DNA of 56,449 bases from Candidatus Omnitrophota bacterium (GTDB lineage Bacteria; Omnitrophota; JACPQZ01). The notes under the pieces are model-generated. The model ran no database searches and was not told the origin of the DNA. It saw only the letters and a program-made list of their open reading frames with translations. Where the stretch lies: NCBI GenBank assembly GCA_016190205.1, contig JACPQZ010000033.1:1-56449 (forward strand), read 5' to 3'. Every line of letters starts with the position of its first letter. Position 1 is the stretch's first letter. The position numbers and the translations under genes were made by a program. Shown here piece after piece: positions 1-9,727 of the stretch.

Positions 1-8
1 AAAGGATT

Positions 9-1064
9 ATGACCTATCGTGAAGCTCTGTTCGAGAGCATGCACGAAGCCCTCGAACGACACGAAGAGGTTGTTCTTTTGGGGCAGGGGGTGGATGACCA
101 CAAGGGGACATTTGGAACGACACTGGGTCTGGCCCAGAAATTCGGCTCGCGCCGTGTTTTAGATACGCCCCTATCGGAAGAGGGGATGACCGGCATAGCG
201 ATCGGGGCGGCCCTGAACGGTCTCTATCCCATCCAAACTCATATCCGTGCCGATTTTGCTTTTCTAGCCATGAATCAGATTGTCAATCTTGCCGCTAAAT
301 ACAAGTACATGTTCGGGGGCCGGTTTGAGGTGCCCATGCTGATTCGGATGGTCGTGGGACGAAGCTGGGGGCAGGGGGCGCAGCACTCTCAAAGCCCGCA
401 ATCTGTTTTTTCGCATATTCCCGGTCTCACGGTGATCATGCCGGCTCATCCCGAGGTCGTCTTGAAGTCCTATTCGTATATTGTCTCCCGGCATCGGGGA
501 CCGGTGATCTCGCTCGAGCATCGCCTCCTGTATGACTTGAAATTCCGGGTCATGAATGGTTCCGTTTCGAAAGATGAATCTCCTTTGAGAACCAGGCTGA
601 TTCGATCAGGACGTGATGTCACGATTCTTGCGACGTCGATTATGGTTTTGGAGGCGGAACGCGCGGCGGATTATCTGGCGCGGGAGGCGAAGATCGAGTG
701 CGAAATTATCGATCTAAACTGCGTTTCACACCCGGACGCAAACATGATTTGTGAGAGTGTAAAAAAGACCGGACACCTGCTGGTAGCCGACACCGGTTGG
801 CAGGCGTATGGGGTCTCTGCCGAGGTCACTCGAATCATCTGCGAATACGCCCCGTCTTTACTTAAGGCCCCCGTGGTGACGCTGGGAATGAAACCGTCGC
901 CCTGCCCCACGGCCAAGAGCCTGGAAGATGTCTATTATCCCAATCAAGGTGTTCTGATAGATGCCATCGCCCGGCTCGTGACGGGAAAGAAGGATCACTC
1001 CATTTCTCTTCCGGCCGAACGGTCGATGGCGGATGTGTACAAGCGTTTCAAGGGCCCTTTCTAA
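9..1064 (+). CDS. 2-oxoacid dehydrogenase E1 beta-like (transketolase C-terminal) subunit, probably for sugar branching
   Basis: N-term MTYREAL; DTPLSEEG; GAQHSQ; C-terminal transketolase domain; ends FKGPF like the paralog at 32116. Confidence 0.9.
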   Translation: MTYREALFESMHEALERHEEVVLLGQGVDDHKGTFGTTLGLAQKFGSRRVLDTPLSEEGMTGIAIGAALNGLYPIQTHIRADFAFLAMNQIVNLAAKYKYMFGGRFEVPMLIRMVVGRSWGQGAQHSQSPQSVFSHIPGLTVIMPAHPEVVLKSYSYIVSRHRGPVISLEHRLLYDLKFRVMNGSVSKDESPLRTRLIRSGRDVTILATSIMVLEAERAADYLAREAKIECEIIDLNCVSHPDANMICESVKKTGHLLVADTGWQAYGVSAEVTRIICEYAPSLLKAPVVTLGMKPSPCPTAKSLEDVYYPNQGVLIDAIARLVTGKKDHSISLPAERSMADVYKRFKGPF

Positions 1065-1079
1065 GGGCAGAGGACCACG

Positions 1080-2069
1080 ATGCGGATCTTAATTACCGGA
1101 ATTACCGGCATGGTGGGGAGTCATCTGGCCGATTATATCCTGGCCCGCCACCCCACGGTAGAAGTTCACGGGCTGGTGCGTTGGCGAAGCCCCCGTGACC
1201 ACATTAAGGAGATCGAGTCTCAAATTATTCTTCACGAGGCCGATCTGAATGACTTGAATTCTCTCGTGACGCTGGTCAGGAGGGTGAAACCGGAACGCAT
1301 CTTTCATCTGGGGGCACAGTCTTATGTGGGAATGAGCTTTAACGCGCCTGCCCAGACCCTAGAGACCAATATCATCGGAACGACCCATCTCCTGGACGCG
1401 GTCCGGATAGCGGGAATCGATCCCAAGATTCATATTTGCAGTTCTTCGGAAGTCTATGGGCAGGTCCGGGAGAATGAGGTGCCCATCCGGGAGGACAATC
1501 CGTTCCGGCCCGCCAGCCCCTATGGCGTTTCCAAAGTGGGTGAAGACATGATCGCCTTCCAGTACTTTACTTCCTACGGCGTGCAGACCATCCGTACGCG
1601 CATGTTCACTCATACGGGACCGCGGCGCGGGGATGTCTTTGCAGAGAGTGCGTTTGCCAAACAGATCGCCGAGATTGAAGCGGGGATTCGTGAAGGCCCG
1701 GTGAAGGTGGGGAATCTCGCCAGCGTCCGTACCGTGGCCGACGTCCGGGATGCGGTTCGTGCCTACTGGCTTTTGCTCGAAAAGTGCCCGGCGGGCGAAG
1801 TCTATAACATAGGAGGAAACCAGACGGTCACCGTAGGCGAAATTCTGGAGCGCCTTAAAGGCATGGCCACGTGCCGGATCACGCATGAAAGAGATCCGGC
1901 TTTAATCCGCCCGTCCGATGTCACCCTGCAGATCCCGGACACTACCAAGTTCAGGCAAGCGACGGGCTGGGAACCCGAAATCCCTCTGGAGACTACCTTG
2001 CGGGATTTGTTGGACTTTCACCGAAATCGGACCCGGGAGGGAAGGACGTCACCGCTGACCCATGTCTGA
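1080..2069 (+). CDS. dmhA: GDP-sugar 4,6-dehydratase, DmhA/WcbK-like (GDP-manno-heptose 4,6-dehydratase subfamily)
   Basis: GITGMVGSHLAD, RWRSP, SSSEVYG, YGVSK (YxxxK), RMFTHTGPRRGDVFAES. These match my recollection of WcbK/DmhA-type dehydratases; heptose kinases are nearby. Confidence 0.75.
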   Translation: MRILITGITGMVGSHLADYILARHPTVEVHGLVRWRSPRDHIKEIESQIILHEADLNDLNSLVTLVRRVKPERIFHLGAQSYVGMSFNAPAQTLETNIIGTTHLLDAVRIAGIDPKIHICSSSEVYGQVRENEVPIREDNPFRPASPYGVSKVGEDMIAFQYFTSYGVQTIRTRMFTHTGPRRGDVFAESAFAKQIAEIEAGIREGPVKVGNLASVRTVADVRDAVRAYWLLLEKCPAGEVYNIGGNQTVTVGEILERLKGMATCRITHERDPALIRPSDVTLQIPDTTKFRQATGWEPEIPLETTLRDLLDFHRNRTREGRTSPLTHV

Positions 2070-4044
2070 GACGGTTGTGGGACTAGTGCAAATCAACAAT
2101 AGCTTTTCGGGGCAGAATTATCTGCCGCTGTCCGTCGGTGTGCTGCAGGTCTATGCCCAGAAATACCTCGAGCGGCCCGATAGATTTCAATTTCTCCTGC
2201 CTGTCTACACGCGCGTGTCCGTCGAGCAAGCCGTCAACCGTTTGAAAGACGCAGACGTCGTTCTTTTTAGTACCTATGTTTGGAATATCCGGATTTCCCT
2301 CGAGGTGGCGAGGACGCTCAAGCGCTTAAAGCCCGAAGTGATCGTCGCCTTTGGGGGACCCCAGGTACCCGAGCGCCCCCGGGAAGATGAGGTATTCCTG
2401 CGGGCACACCCGTTTATCGACGTGGCGTGCCATGGCGAAGGCGAGCAACCGGTCGTCAAGATCCTTGAGCGAAGCGGGACGGACGATTGGCAAAGTGTCC
2501 CTTCGACAAGTTTCATTTCGAAAAAGGGAAGTTATGTTCAAAATCCTAAGGGGTCCCGTTTGAATGACCTGGCCGCCGCGCCTTCACCTTACCTAGGGGG
2601 GGCGTTCGCCCTGCTGATGGAGGCCCATCCGGAGGAACGCTGGATCGGCTTATGGGAAACGAACCGGGGATGCCCGTTTTCGTGCACCTTCTGCGATTGG
2701 GGCTCGGCCACGCAAAGCAAGGTGTACAAGTTTGACCTGGAGCGTTTGTTGAGAGAGGTCGACTGGTTTGCCGAGCATCGAATCGAATACGTCTTCTGCT
2801 GTGATGCCAATTTCGGAATTCTGCCGAGGGATATTGACATTGCGCGGTATGTCTCCGGGACGAAAGAAAGGGAAGGCTACCCGCACGCCTTGTCCGTGCA
2901 GAACACGAAAAACGCGACCGAGCGGGCCTATCAGGTCCAGAAGATCCTGTCCGATGCGGGACTGAACAAAGGGGTGGATATCGCCTTGCAATCGGTGGAC
3001 CCCAAGACCCTCGAGAGTATTAAGCGGGGCAATATCTCGACGGAGACCTATCAGGAATTACAGCGTCGGTTTACGCGGGACGGTATCGAGACTTACACAG
3101 ATGTGATCTTAGGGCTGCCGGGGGAATCGTACGGTTCTTTTGTCGAAGGCGTCTCGCGTATCATCGAGAACGGGCAGCACAACCGCATCCAATTCAACAA
3201 CCTGTCCATCCTGCCGAATGCCGAAATGGGGGACCCCGAGTACCAGAAAAAATACGGTCTCGTTACCGTCGAGACCCAGGTCGTCAATATCCATGGTTCC
3301 CTGGATGCGTCGGAGGATGAGATCTTCGAGACGCAAGAGCTTGTGGTGGCGACGCGCGACATGCCCCAGGAGGACTGGGCGCGCGCCCGCGCCTTTTCAT
3401 GGATGGCCGCACTGCTTCACTTCGACAAAGTCCTGCAAATACCCATTGTGCTCATTCATAACATTTGCTCCGTCAGACCACGGGAGCTTATCGAGCGCTT
3501 CTTGGACGATCGGCTCGCAGATGCATCGGTTCTGGCCTCCGTCCGCCATTTTTTCCTAGAGAAGGCGCGAGACATCCAAAAAGGGGGCGCGGAGTACTGT
3601 CAGTCCCGCGCGTGGTTGGGCATCTGGTGGCCGGCTGACGAGTATATCCTGATTAAATTAAGTCGGGAAAAGCAGCTCGATGCCTTCTACCGGGAGGCGG
3701 AAAGACTCCTCGGGAGTTTTTTGGAAGAGCACCACCTGGGTTTGCCTTCGGCCATTTTGAAGGAGGCAGTTCAGCTGAACCGCGAGCTCATAAAACAGCC
3801 GTTCCATACGACGGATCTCCATTTGGATCTTTCTTATAACATTTGGGAATTTTATCAGGCCTCCCTCCGCGGCGGCGCCCTGGCGCTCATGGAGCGGCCC
3901 AATCGGTGCGTCATCAACCGCACCGAAAAGCAGTGGTCCACATGGAATGACTGGTGCCGTGAGGTGATTTGGTGGGGCAACAAGAAGGGGGCGTATATGT
4001 ACGGAAACAACATTGTAGAGCCCCAGCTTGCGGGACATTATTGA
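2062..4044 (+). CDS. Cobalamin-dependent radical SAM enzyme
   Basis: N-terminal B12-binding-like domain (FSTYVWN, FGGPQV, HGEGE) followed by ETNRGCPFSCTFCDWG (CxxxCxxC) and DANFG. Confidence 0.92.
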   Translation: MSETVVGLVQINNSFSGQNYLPLSVGVLQVYAQKYLERPDRFQFLLPVYTRVSVEQAVNRLKDADVVLFSTYVWNIRISLEVARTLKRLKPEVIVAFGGPQVPERPREDEVFLRAHPFIDVACHGEGEQPVVKILERSGTDDWQSVPSTSFISKKGSYVQNPKGSRLNDLAAAPSPYLGGAFALLMEAHPEERWIGLWETNRGCPFSCTFCDWGSATQSKVYKFDLERLLREVDWFAEHRIEYVFCCDANFGILPRDIDIARYVSGTKEREGYPHALSVQNTKNATERAYQVQKILSDAGLNKGVDIALQSVDPKTLESIKRGNISTETYQELQRRFTRDGIETYTDVILGLPGESYGSFVEGVSRIIENGQHNRIQFNNLSILPNAEMGDPEYQKKYGLVTVETQVVNIHGSLDASEDEIFETQELVVATRDMPQEDWARARAFSWMAALLHFDKVLQIPIVLIHNICSVRPRELIERFLDDRLADASVLASVRHFFLEKARDIQKGGAEYCQSRAWLGIWWPADEYILIKLSREKQLDAFYREAERLLGSFLEEHHLGLPSAILKEAVQLNRELIKQPFHTTDLHLDLSYNIWEFYQASLRGGALALMERPNRCVINRTEKQWSTWNDWCREVIWWGNKKGAYMYGNNIVEPQLAGHY

Positions 4045-4063
4045 GAACTCGATCAGGTATGAA

Positions 4064-5254
4064 ATGAAACGGCTTGCACAGTCAGCGCATCATTTGGAAG
4101 GTCAGCCGATGTTCAGAGTCCTGGCCAAGGTCCAGGAGCTTGAGCGCAAGGGGCAGGATATTATCCATTTTGAGATCGGAGATCCTGATTTCGCCAGCCC
4201 CGGGCATGCCGTCGAGGCAGCCGTCCGCGCCCTGCGCTCGGGGAAGACGCATTATGCGAATTCCATGGGAATCGTGGAACTCCGCGAGGCGCTCCGTGAG
4301 CACGCTGAGAGGGAATGGGGTATTAGACCCTCATTAGACCAGATCCTCGTGGTGCCGGCCAATGCCATCGTGTATCTCGTCATCCGCTGTGTGGTTAATC
4401 CGGGCGAGGAGGTGATCGTTCCGGATCCCTGTTTTCCGACGTATCTTTCTGCGATCCATTTTATCGGGGCCCGGCCCGTGCGTGTCCCGCTGGATGAGGC
4501 CCGGGATTTTAAGCTGGATCCGGAGGCGGTCCGCGAAAGGATCACGGACCGTACCCGCCTCATCATCCTGAATTCGCCGCACAATCCCACAGGCTCGGTC
4601 ATGTCTCCGGGCGACGTGGACACGGTGGCGGCCCTGGCAGAGGAAAAGGATGTGTATCTTTTGAGCGACGAGGTCTATCGCAAGGTCGTTTATGGAGGGA
4701 GCGTGCCGCGTTCGCCTTCGGTCCGGGACGGCTGCAGGAAGCGAACCGTGATCTTGAACAGTTTTTCAAAATCCCATGCCATGTCGGGCTGGAGGCTGGG
4801 ATATGCCATCGGGCCCGAAGAGGTGATCGAAAAGATGAATCTCCTACTGCAGACGATCATCTCCTGCGTGCCGCCCTTTATTCAATACGGAGGCATAGGC
4901 GCCCTGGATCCTGACAGCGAAGAGCGGGTGGCGGGCATGGTGCGTGAATTTCAAAAACGGCGGGATGCGATGGTGCATGGCCTCAACGGCCTGCGGGGCG
5001 TCTCGTGCCGGACACCGGGTGGCGCGTTCTACGTCTTCCCCGATATCAGAGGAACGGGTTTTGGTTCGGCGGAATTTGCCGAGCTTATGCTGGAGAAGGC
5101 AGGCGTTGCCTTGCTGCCGGGGCCGCACTTCGGGGACCATGCGGAAGGGTATGTCAGGCTCTGCTACACGATTCCCGTTGGCCAGATCGAGAAGGGTATC
5201 CAGCGCATGCACCACGCACTGGACGAGATCCCCGTGAGCCCTGCGCTATCATGA
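4064..5254 (+). CDS. PLP-dependent aminotransferase class I/II (aspartate aminotransferase-like)
   Basis: EIGDPDF, NSPHNPTG, SDEVY, SFSKSHAMSGWRLGY (PLP Lys). ATG at 4064 preferred over TTG 4028. Confidence 0.9.
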   Translation: MKRLAQSAHHLEGQPMFRVLAKVQELERKGQDIIHFEIGDPDFASPGHAVEAAVRALRSGKTHYANSMGIVELREALREHAEREWGIRPSLDQILVVPANAIVYLVIRCVVNPGEEVIVPDPCFPTYLSAIHFIGARPVRVPLDEARDFKLDPEAVRERITDRTRLIILNSPHNPTGSVMSPGDVDTVAALAEEKDVYLLSDEVYRKVVYGGSVPRSPSVRDGCRKRTVILNSFSKSHAMSGWRLGYAIGPEEVIEKMNLLLQTIISCVPPFIQYGGIGALDPDSEERVAGMVREFQKRRDAMVHGLNGLRGVSCRTPGGAFYVFPDIRGTGFGSAEFAELMLEKAGVALLPGPHFGDHAEGYVRLCYTIPVGQIEKGIQRMHHALDEIPVSPALS

Positions 5255-6975
5255 TGCGCGTTTCGGATTACATTGCAGGATTTTTGCTTCAGCGCGGGGT
5301 GAAGGACATTTTCATGCTGACCGGAAACGGCGCCATGTATTTGAACGATGCTATTTCGCAGTCCGGTATCCGTTATGTCTGTGCCCGCAACGAGGCTGCG
5401 GCGCCCATGATGGCCGAGGCGTACGCGCGGGTGAAACAGTCTCTGGGGGCCGTGTGCGTGACGAGCGGCCCCGGATCCACGAACGCGGTCCCTGGTTTGG
5501 CGGAGGCGTGGGTGGATGCGGCCCCGATCCTCATTTTGTCTGGGCAGGTGCAAAGGAGCCATACGACGCACAATGCGGGGCTTAAGGGGTTGCGCACGTT
5601 TGGCACGGCCGAAATCAATATCATACCCATCGTCAGCACGCTCACCAAATATGCGGTCATGGTGAACGAGGCAGAATCCATCCGATATCATTTGGAAAAG
5701 GCCTACACCCTGGCCACCACCGGCCGCCCCGGACCTGTGTGGCTGGACATCCCTATGGATATTCAGTATGCCCCTGTCGACCCTGAACATCTTAAGGGTT
5801 ATACGCCGCCCCAGGAGCGGACCGCTGATCTCGAGGTTCATGTGGACGCGTTGTTGGAGAGGCTCGCGCGCGCGAAGAGGCCTCTTTTGATCGGGGGTCA
5901 TGGAATCCGCCAGGGGAGGGCGTCTACGGAGTTTCGTGAACTGGTCGAGCTTTTACATGCCCCTGCCATTTTCTCCAGATTTGGGCAGGACCTCCTGCCT
6001 TTTTCGCATCCGTTTAACCTGGGGCAGGCGGGGGTGAAGGGCTCGAGGTACTGCGGGTCCGTCATGAAGTCGGCTGATCTTGTCATCTCCCTGGGGTGCC
6101 GTCTGGCAGTTCAGATGGTGGGTCATAAGTTCGACGCCTTTCACCCCGGTGCCAAGGTGGTGATGGTGGATTTGGAAAGGGACGAGCTGGATAAGCCGGG
6201 GGTAAAGCTGGATCTCGCCATCCAGGCCGATGTCAAACCTTTCCTTACGAGGCTGGTCTCGCGCCTTAAGCAGGAAACGCTTCCCGATTGGAGCGATTGG
6301 CTGGGACGGTGTCAGGAGCTCAAGCGGGATTATCCCATGGTAACCCCTGCCCAGCGAAGAAATCCGATCGACCTCTATTATTTTATGTCACGGCTGGACG
6401 CCCTGGCAGACCGCCATCATATTTTCGTGACCGACGCAGGTTCGAATTACTACGTGGGCGGCCAGGTGTATCACTTTGAAAAGGGTCAGCGCGAGATCAC
6501 CTCGGGGACCTTTGCGGCCATGGGACTTTCCATTCCGCTCGCGATCGGCGCAAGCATCGCCCGCCCGGATGCCCAGATCCTGGCCGTCACCGGAGACGGG
6601 TCGCTGGAGTTAAACATTCAGGAGCTCAAGACCCTCTCGCATTACGGTTTAAACGTCAAGCTCTTTGTCATCAACAATGGGGGTTATGTCTCCATGCGCA
6701 ACTGGCAGGACGGCCATTTTGAAGGGAGGCGCATCGATACCGAACAAAACACAGGGATAGGGACCCTCAACCTTCAACGTATCGCGCACGCATTCGATAT
6801 GCCCTACGACCGGATTGAGCGGGTGGAAGAGATTGACGGTAAGGTGGGCGAGCTCATGCAGGGGAACGGGCCTGTCTTTGCAGAGGTCTTCTGCGATCAA
6901 AACCAAAGAATAGTCGAGCCTATCAAGGATCTGTCCTTCAATGCCAAGCAAAAAGAGTATTCGATTCCTGTTTGA
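5251..6975 (+). CDS. ThDP-binding acetolactate synthase-like protein (YerE-like carboligase)
   Basis: MRVSDYIA start overlapping the upstream stop (ATGA); RNEAAA, TSGPGSTN, GRPGPVWLDIP, GDGSLELN...NNGG ThDP motif. Confidence 0.9.
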   Translation: MMRVSDYIAGFLLQRGVKDIFMLTGNGAMYLNDAISQSGIRYVCARNEAAAPMMAEAYARVKQSLGAVCVTSGPGSTNAVPGLAEAWVDAAPILILSGQVQRSHTTHNAGLKGLRTFGTAEINIIPIVSTLTKYAVMVNEAESIRYHLEKAYTLATTGRPGPVWLDIPMDIQYAPVDPEHLKGYTPPQERTADLEVHVDALLERLARAKRPLLIGGHGIRQGRASTEFRELVELLHAPAIFSRFGQDLLPFSHPFNLGQAGVKGSRYCGSVMKSADLVISLGCRLAVQMVGHKFDAFHPGAKVVMVDLERDELDKPGVKLDLAIQADVKPFLTRLVSRLKQETLPDWSDWLGRCQELKRDYPMVTPAQRRNPIDLYYFMSRLDALADRHHIFVTDAGSNYYVGGQVYHFEKGQREITSGTFAAMGLSIPLAIGASIARPDAQILAVTGDGSLELNIQELKTLSHYGLNVKLFVINNGGYVSMRNWQDGHFEGRRIDTEQNTGIGTLNLQRIAHAFDMPYDRIERVEEIDGKVGELMQGNGPVFAEVFCDQNQRIVEPIKDLSFNAKQKEYSIPV

Positions 6976-6984
6976 AAGGCGGTT

Positions 6985-7815
6985 ATGGAAATCCGCGATT
7001 TAGAAGAAAAGGCCCGTCGCGTTCGTCTGTCGGTTTTGGAAAGCATCGTGGCCAGCGGCAAGGGCCACATCGGGGGGACCTATTCCTGCACCGACCTCCT
7101 GGTGGCCCTCTATTATGCGGGGATTTTAAGATTCAATTTCCGTGACCCCCGGTGGCCAGACCGGGACCGGTTTCTGATCGGAAAGGGGCACGCCTGCCTT
7201 GCGCTTTATTCCATTTTTACGGACCTGGGGCTCCTTCCTGATGCGCGCTTTGATACTTACGGACAGGACGGCGGGTTGGGCGGTCAACTCGATACCTCCA
7301 TCCCCGGCGTCGAGTACAACACGGGTTCCTACGGCCATGTGTTGGGGATAGCTGCAGGCATTGCCCTCGCGGCCAAGATGGATCAGAAAAGCCTTAGGGC
7401 CTACGCACTCATGGGTGACGCGGAAATGTACGAGGGTTCGGTGTGGGAGGCCATTGTCTTTGCGGGTCACCACAAGCTGGACCGTTTGGTGGGTATCATA
7501 GACCGCAATCGCTTGTCGACGACGGACATGTTGGACGACGACAGCTTTTTCAAGGACTTCAAAGAAAAGATGCGTTCCTTTGACTGGGATTGTCATGAGT
7601 TCAACGGACATTCCTTCCCCGAAATCCTGGATGTGTTCGACCGAATCCGGAACGCCCTCCGGCCGGTTATGCTCATCGCCCATACCGTCAAGGGTAAGGG
7701 CATTTCATTCATGGAAAACGGCATCAAGTGGCATCATGGCGTTCCCACGGCCACAGAGGCCGAGCGCGCCAGGAGGGAGCTTGTGGGAAAGGATCAGGTA
7801 GCCCATGTCAGATAA
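6985..7815 (+). CDS. Transketolase N-terminal subunit (split transketolase)
   Basis: GHIGG, DRDRFLIGKGHA, GDAEMYEGSVWEA ThDP motif, TVKGKG, KWHH. Confidence 0.92.
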   Translation: MEIRDLEEKARRVRLSVLESIVASGKGHIGGTYSCTDLLVALYYAGILRFNFRDPRWPDRDRFLIGKGHACLALYSIFTDLGLLPDARFDTYGQDGGLGGQLDTSIPGVEYNTGSYGHVLGIAAGIALAAKMDQKSLRAYALMGDAEMYEGSVWEAIVFAGHHKLDRLVGIIDRNRLSTTDMLDDDSFFKDFKEKMRSFDWDCHEFNGHSFPEILDVFDRIRNALRPVMLIAHTVKGKGISFMENGIKWHHGVPTATEAERARRELVGKDQVAHVR

Positions 7816-8728
7816 AGACGTTCGGGATGCCTTCTTTGACGAAGTGTATACAATCGGAGGGCAGGATAAGGATTTCGTTTTCCTGACGGATGATATGGAT
7901 GCCTTCAGCCTGCGAAGGTTTAAACAGGATTTTCCCTCCCAGTTCGTCAACATTGGGGTGGCCGAGCAGAACATGATCAATCTAGCGGCGGGGTTGAGCC
8001 TCTGCGGAAAAAAAGTATTTGTCTATGGGATTGCTTCGTATGTGACCCTGCGCTGTTTTGAGCAGATCAAGGTAAACCTCTGCAGCATGAATATCCCCGT
8101 CACGATCATCGGCGTCGGGGCGGGCTTTTCGTTCAGCTTTGACGGGCCCACACACCACGGTACGCAGGATATCGCCGTCATGCGAACCCTCCCGGAGATT
8201 ACGCTCTATAATCCCAGCGACTCAAGCGCCGCCTCCCGCTGTGCCTGGCTTGCGTACGAAGGCAAGGGCCCGGTCTACGTGCGCTTGGAAAAGGGGGTAT
8301 ACCCTTCTCTGGGGTACGGGGAGGACGAGCTCGCGGATGGCTTTAAGATCGTGCGGCCCCTGCAAGGGCTCAATATCGTGAGTTCCGGGTTTATGACCCA
8401 TGAGGCCCTGCGCCTGGCGGAGGGGCTTAAGAAGCGGGACGTCCGGGCAGGGGTGGTGGATCTTTTTCGGTTAAAGCCCGTGCGTGAAACTTTTCTAGCG
8501 AAGGTGGTAGAAAAGTCCAAGGTGCTGGTTACGGTGGAAGACAATTCTCTTGTCGGCGGTATTGGAACGATCGTGGGAGAAATCCTGGCGGATGCCGGAG
8601 TTTCGATTCGACTGAAGAGGATCGGCGTTCGGGATAAACAGTTCTTGCATTACGGCAGCCGCGCGTGGCTTCACCAACTAAACGGTTTGGACGCGGAGAG
8701 CCTTTTGGCCTCCGTCTCTGGGACGTAG
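7805..8728 (+). CDS. Transketolase C-terminal subunit
   Basis: NIGVAEQNMI, EQIKV, GPTHH, PVYVRL, VTVEDNS. Confidence 0.92.
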   Translation: MSDKDVRDAFFDEVYTIGGQDKDFVFLTDDMDAFSLRRFKQDFPSQFVNIGVAEQNMINLAAGLSLCGKKVFVYGIASYVTLRCFEQIKVNLCSMNIPVTIIGVGAGFSFSFDGPTHHGTQDIAVMRTLPEITLYNPSDSSAASRCAWLAYEGKGPVYVRLEKGVYPSLGYGEDELADGFKIVRPLQGLNIVSSGFMTHEALRLAEGLKKRDVRAGVVDLFRLKPVRETFLAKVVEKSKVLVTVEDNSLVGGIGTIVGEILADAGVSIRLKRIGVRDKQFLHYGSRAWLHQLNGLDAESLLASVSGT

Positions 8729-8749
8729 AGGACGCGCTCGTGTTAGAAA

Positions 8750-9727
8750 ATGAGATATCGAAAGCTCGGCACAACCGGCCTTAAGGTCTCTGAGATCGGA
8801 TTCGGCACGTGGGGGATCGGGGGGGTCGGAGAAGGCTGGGTCGCTTACGGACCGACCGATGACCATGAGTCCCGGGCCGCGTTGGAGCGAGCCTTTGCCT
8901 GCGGCATGACATTCTATGATACGGCGGACCTCTACGGGCACGGTCACAGCGAGCGGTTGCTGGGCGATGTGTTCAAGCCCTTGAGGAAGGACGTGGTCAT
9001 TGCGTCCAAAGTGGGTCTTCTGGATCAAAGGGGAAGCAAAGATTTTTCGCCGGGTCATATCCGTGCGTCCCTGGAGGATAGTCTGCGCCGCCTCCGGACG
9101 GATTATCTCGATCTTTATCAATTGCATGATCCTCCGATGGATTTATTGGAGAACCGCCCCGATGTGCTGGATGTGCTCCGTGCGCTCGAGCGGGAGGGGA
9201 AGATCCGCGCGTGGGGTGTTTCCGTGCAGTCTCCCGGAGAGGCCTTTGACCTTATTACGCGCTGGGGCATCAGGTGCGTTCAGATCAACTTCAACATGTT
9301 GGACCAGCGCGCTCTTACATTGGGCCTGTTGGGGCTTTGTGAGTCGGAGGGCGTCGGCGTGATTGTACGGACCCCGCTCTGTTTCGGATTTCTGACGGGG
9401 TATTACTCGGAGAAGACGTGTTTTGAGGGCGGGGACCACCGTGTCCTGTGGTCCCGCCAGCAGAGGGAGCGATGGGCTCAAGGTTCACAGATTTTTGCTT
9501 CCGTGAGAAAGGACACGGATGAATCCATGGCGCAATTTGCCCTCCGTTACTGTCTCTCGTATCCGGGTGTCTCGACCGTGATCCCGGGCATGTTAACGGA
9601 AACCGAGGTTGAAGAGGATGCCGCCGTCAGCGAGCGCGGTCCCCTCTCGGCCGAGGAGCGCAGGAAGATCGAAGAGGTTTATCAGGAACACTCTTTCTTT
9701 GTGGAGCGGGAGGAGCTGCGTAGGTGA
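8750..9727 (+). CDS. Aldo/keto reductase
   Basis: LGTTGLKVSEIGFGTW, DTADLYG, ASKVG, DYLDLYQLHDP (D-Y-K-H tetrad). Confidence 0.92.
   Translation: MRYRKLGTTGLKVSEIGFGTWGIGGVGEGWVAYGPTDDHESRAALERAFACGMTFYDTADLYGHGHSERLLGDVFKPLRKDVVIASKVGLLDQRGSKDFSPGHIRASLEDSLRRLRTDYLDLYQLHDPPMDLLENRPDVLDVLRALEREGKIRAWGVSVQSPGEAFDLITRWGIRCVQINFNMLDQRALTLGLLGLCESEGVGVIVRTPLCFGFLTGYYSEKTCFEGGDHRVLWSRQQRERWAQGSQIFASVRKDTDESMAQFALRYCLSYPGVSTVIPGMLTETEVEEDAAVSERGPLSAEERRKIEEVYQEHSFFVEREELRR

Noticed and set aside
5005-5250. Long N-terminal extensions in the ORF track (5005, 14227, 20708, 33952, 38598, 42623, 50490 and others) suggesting extensive gene overlaps
   Set aside because: Downstream starts coincide with stop/start overlaps or SD sequences and with the expected family N-termini. 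The extensions are longest-ORF artefacts.
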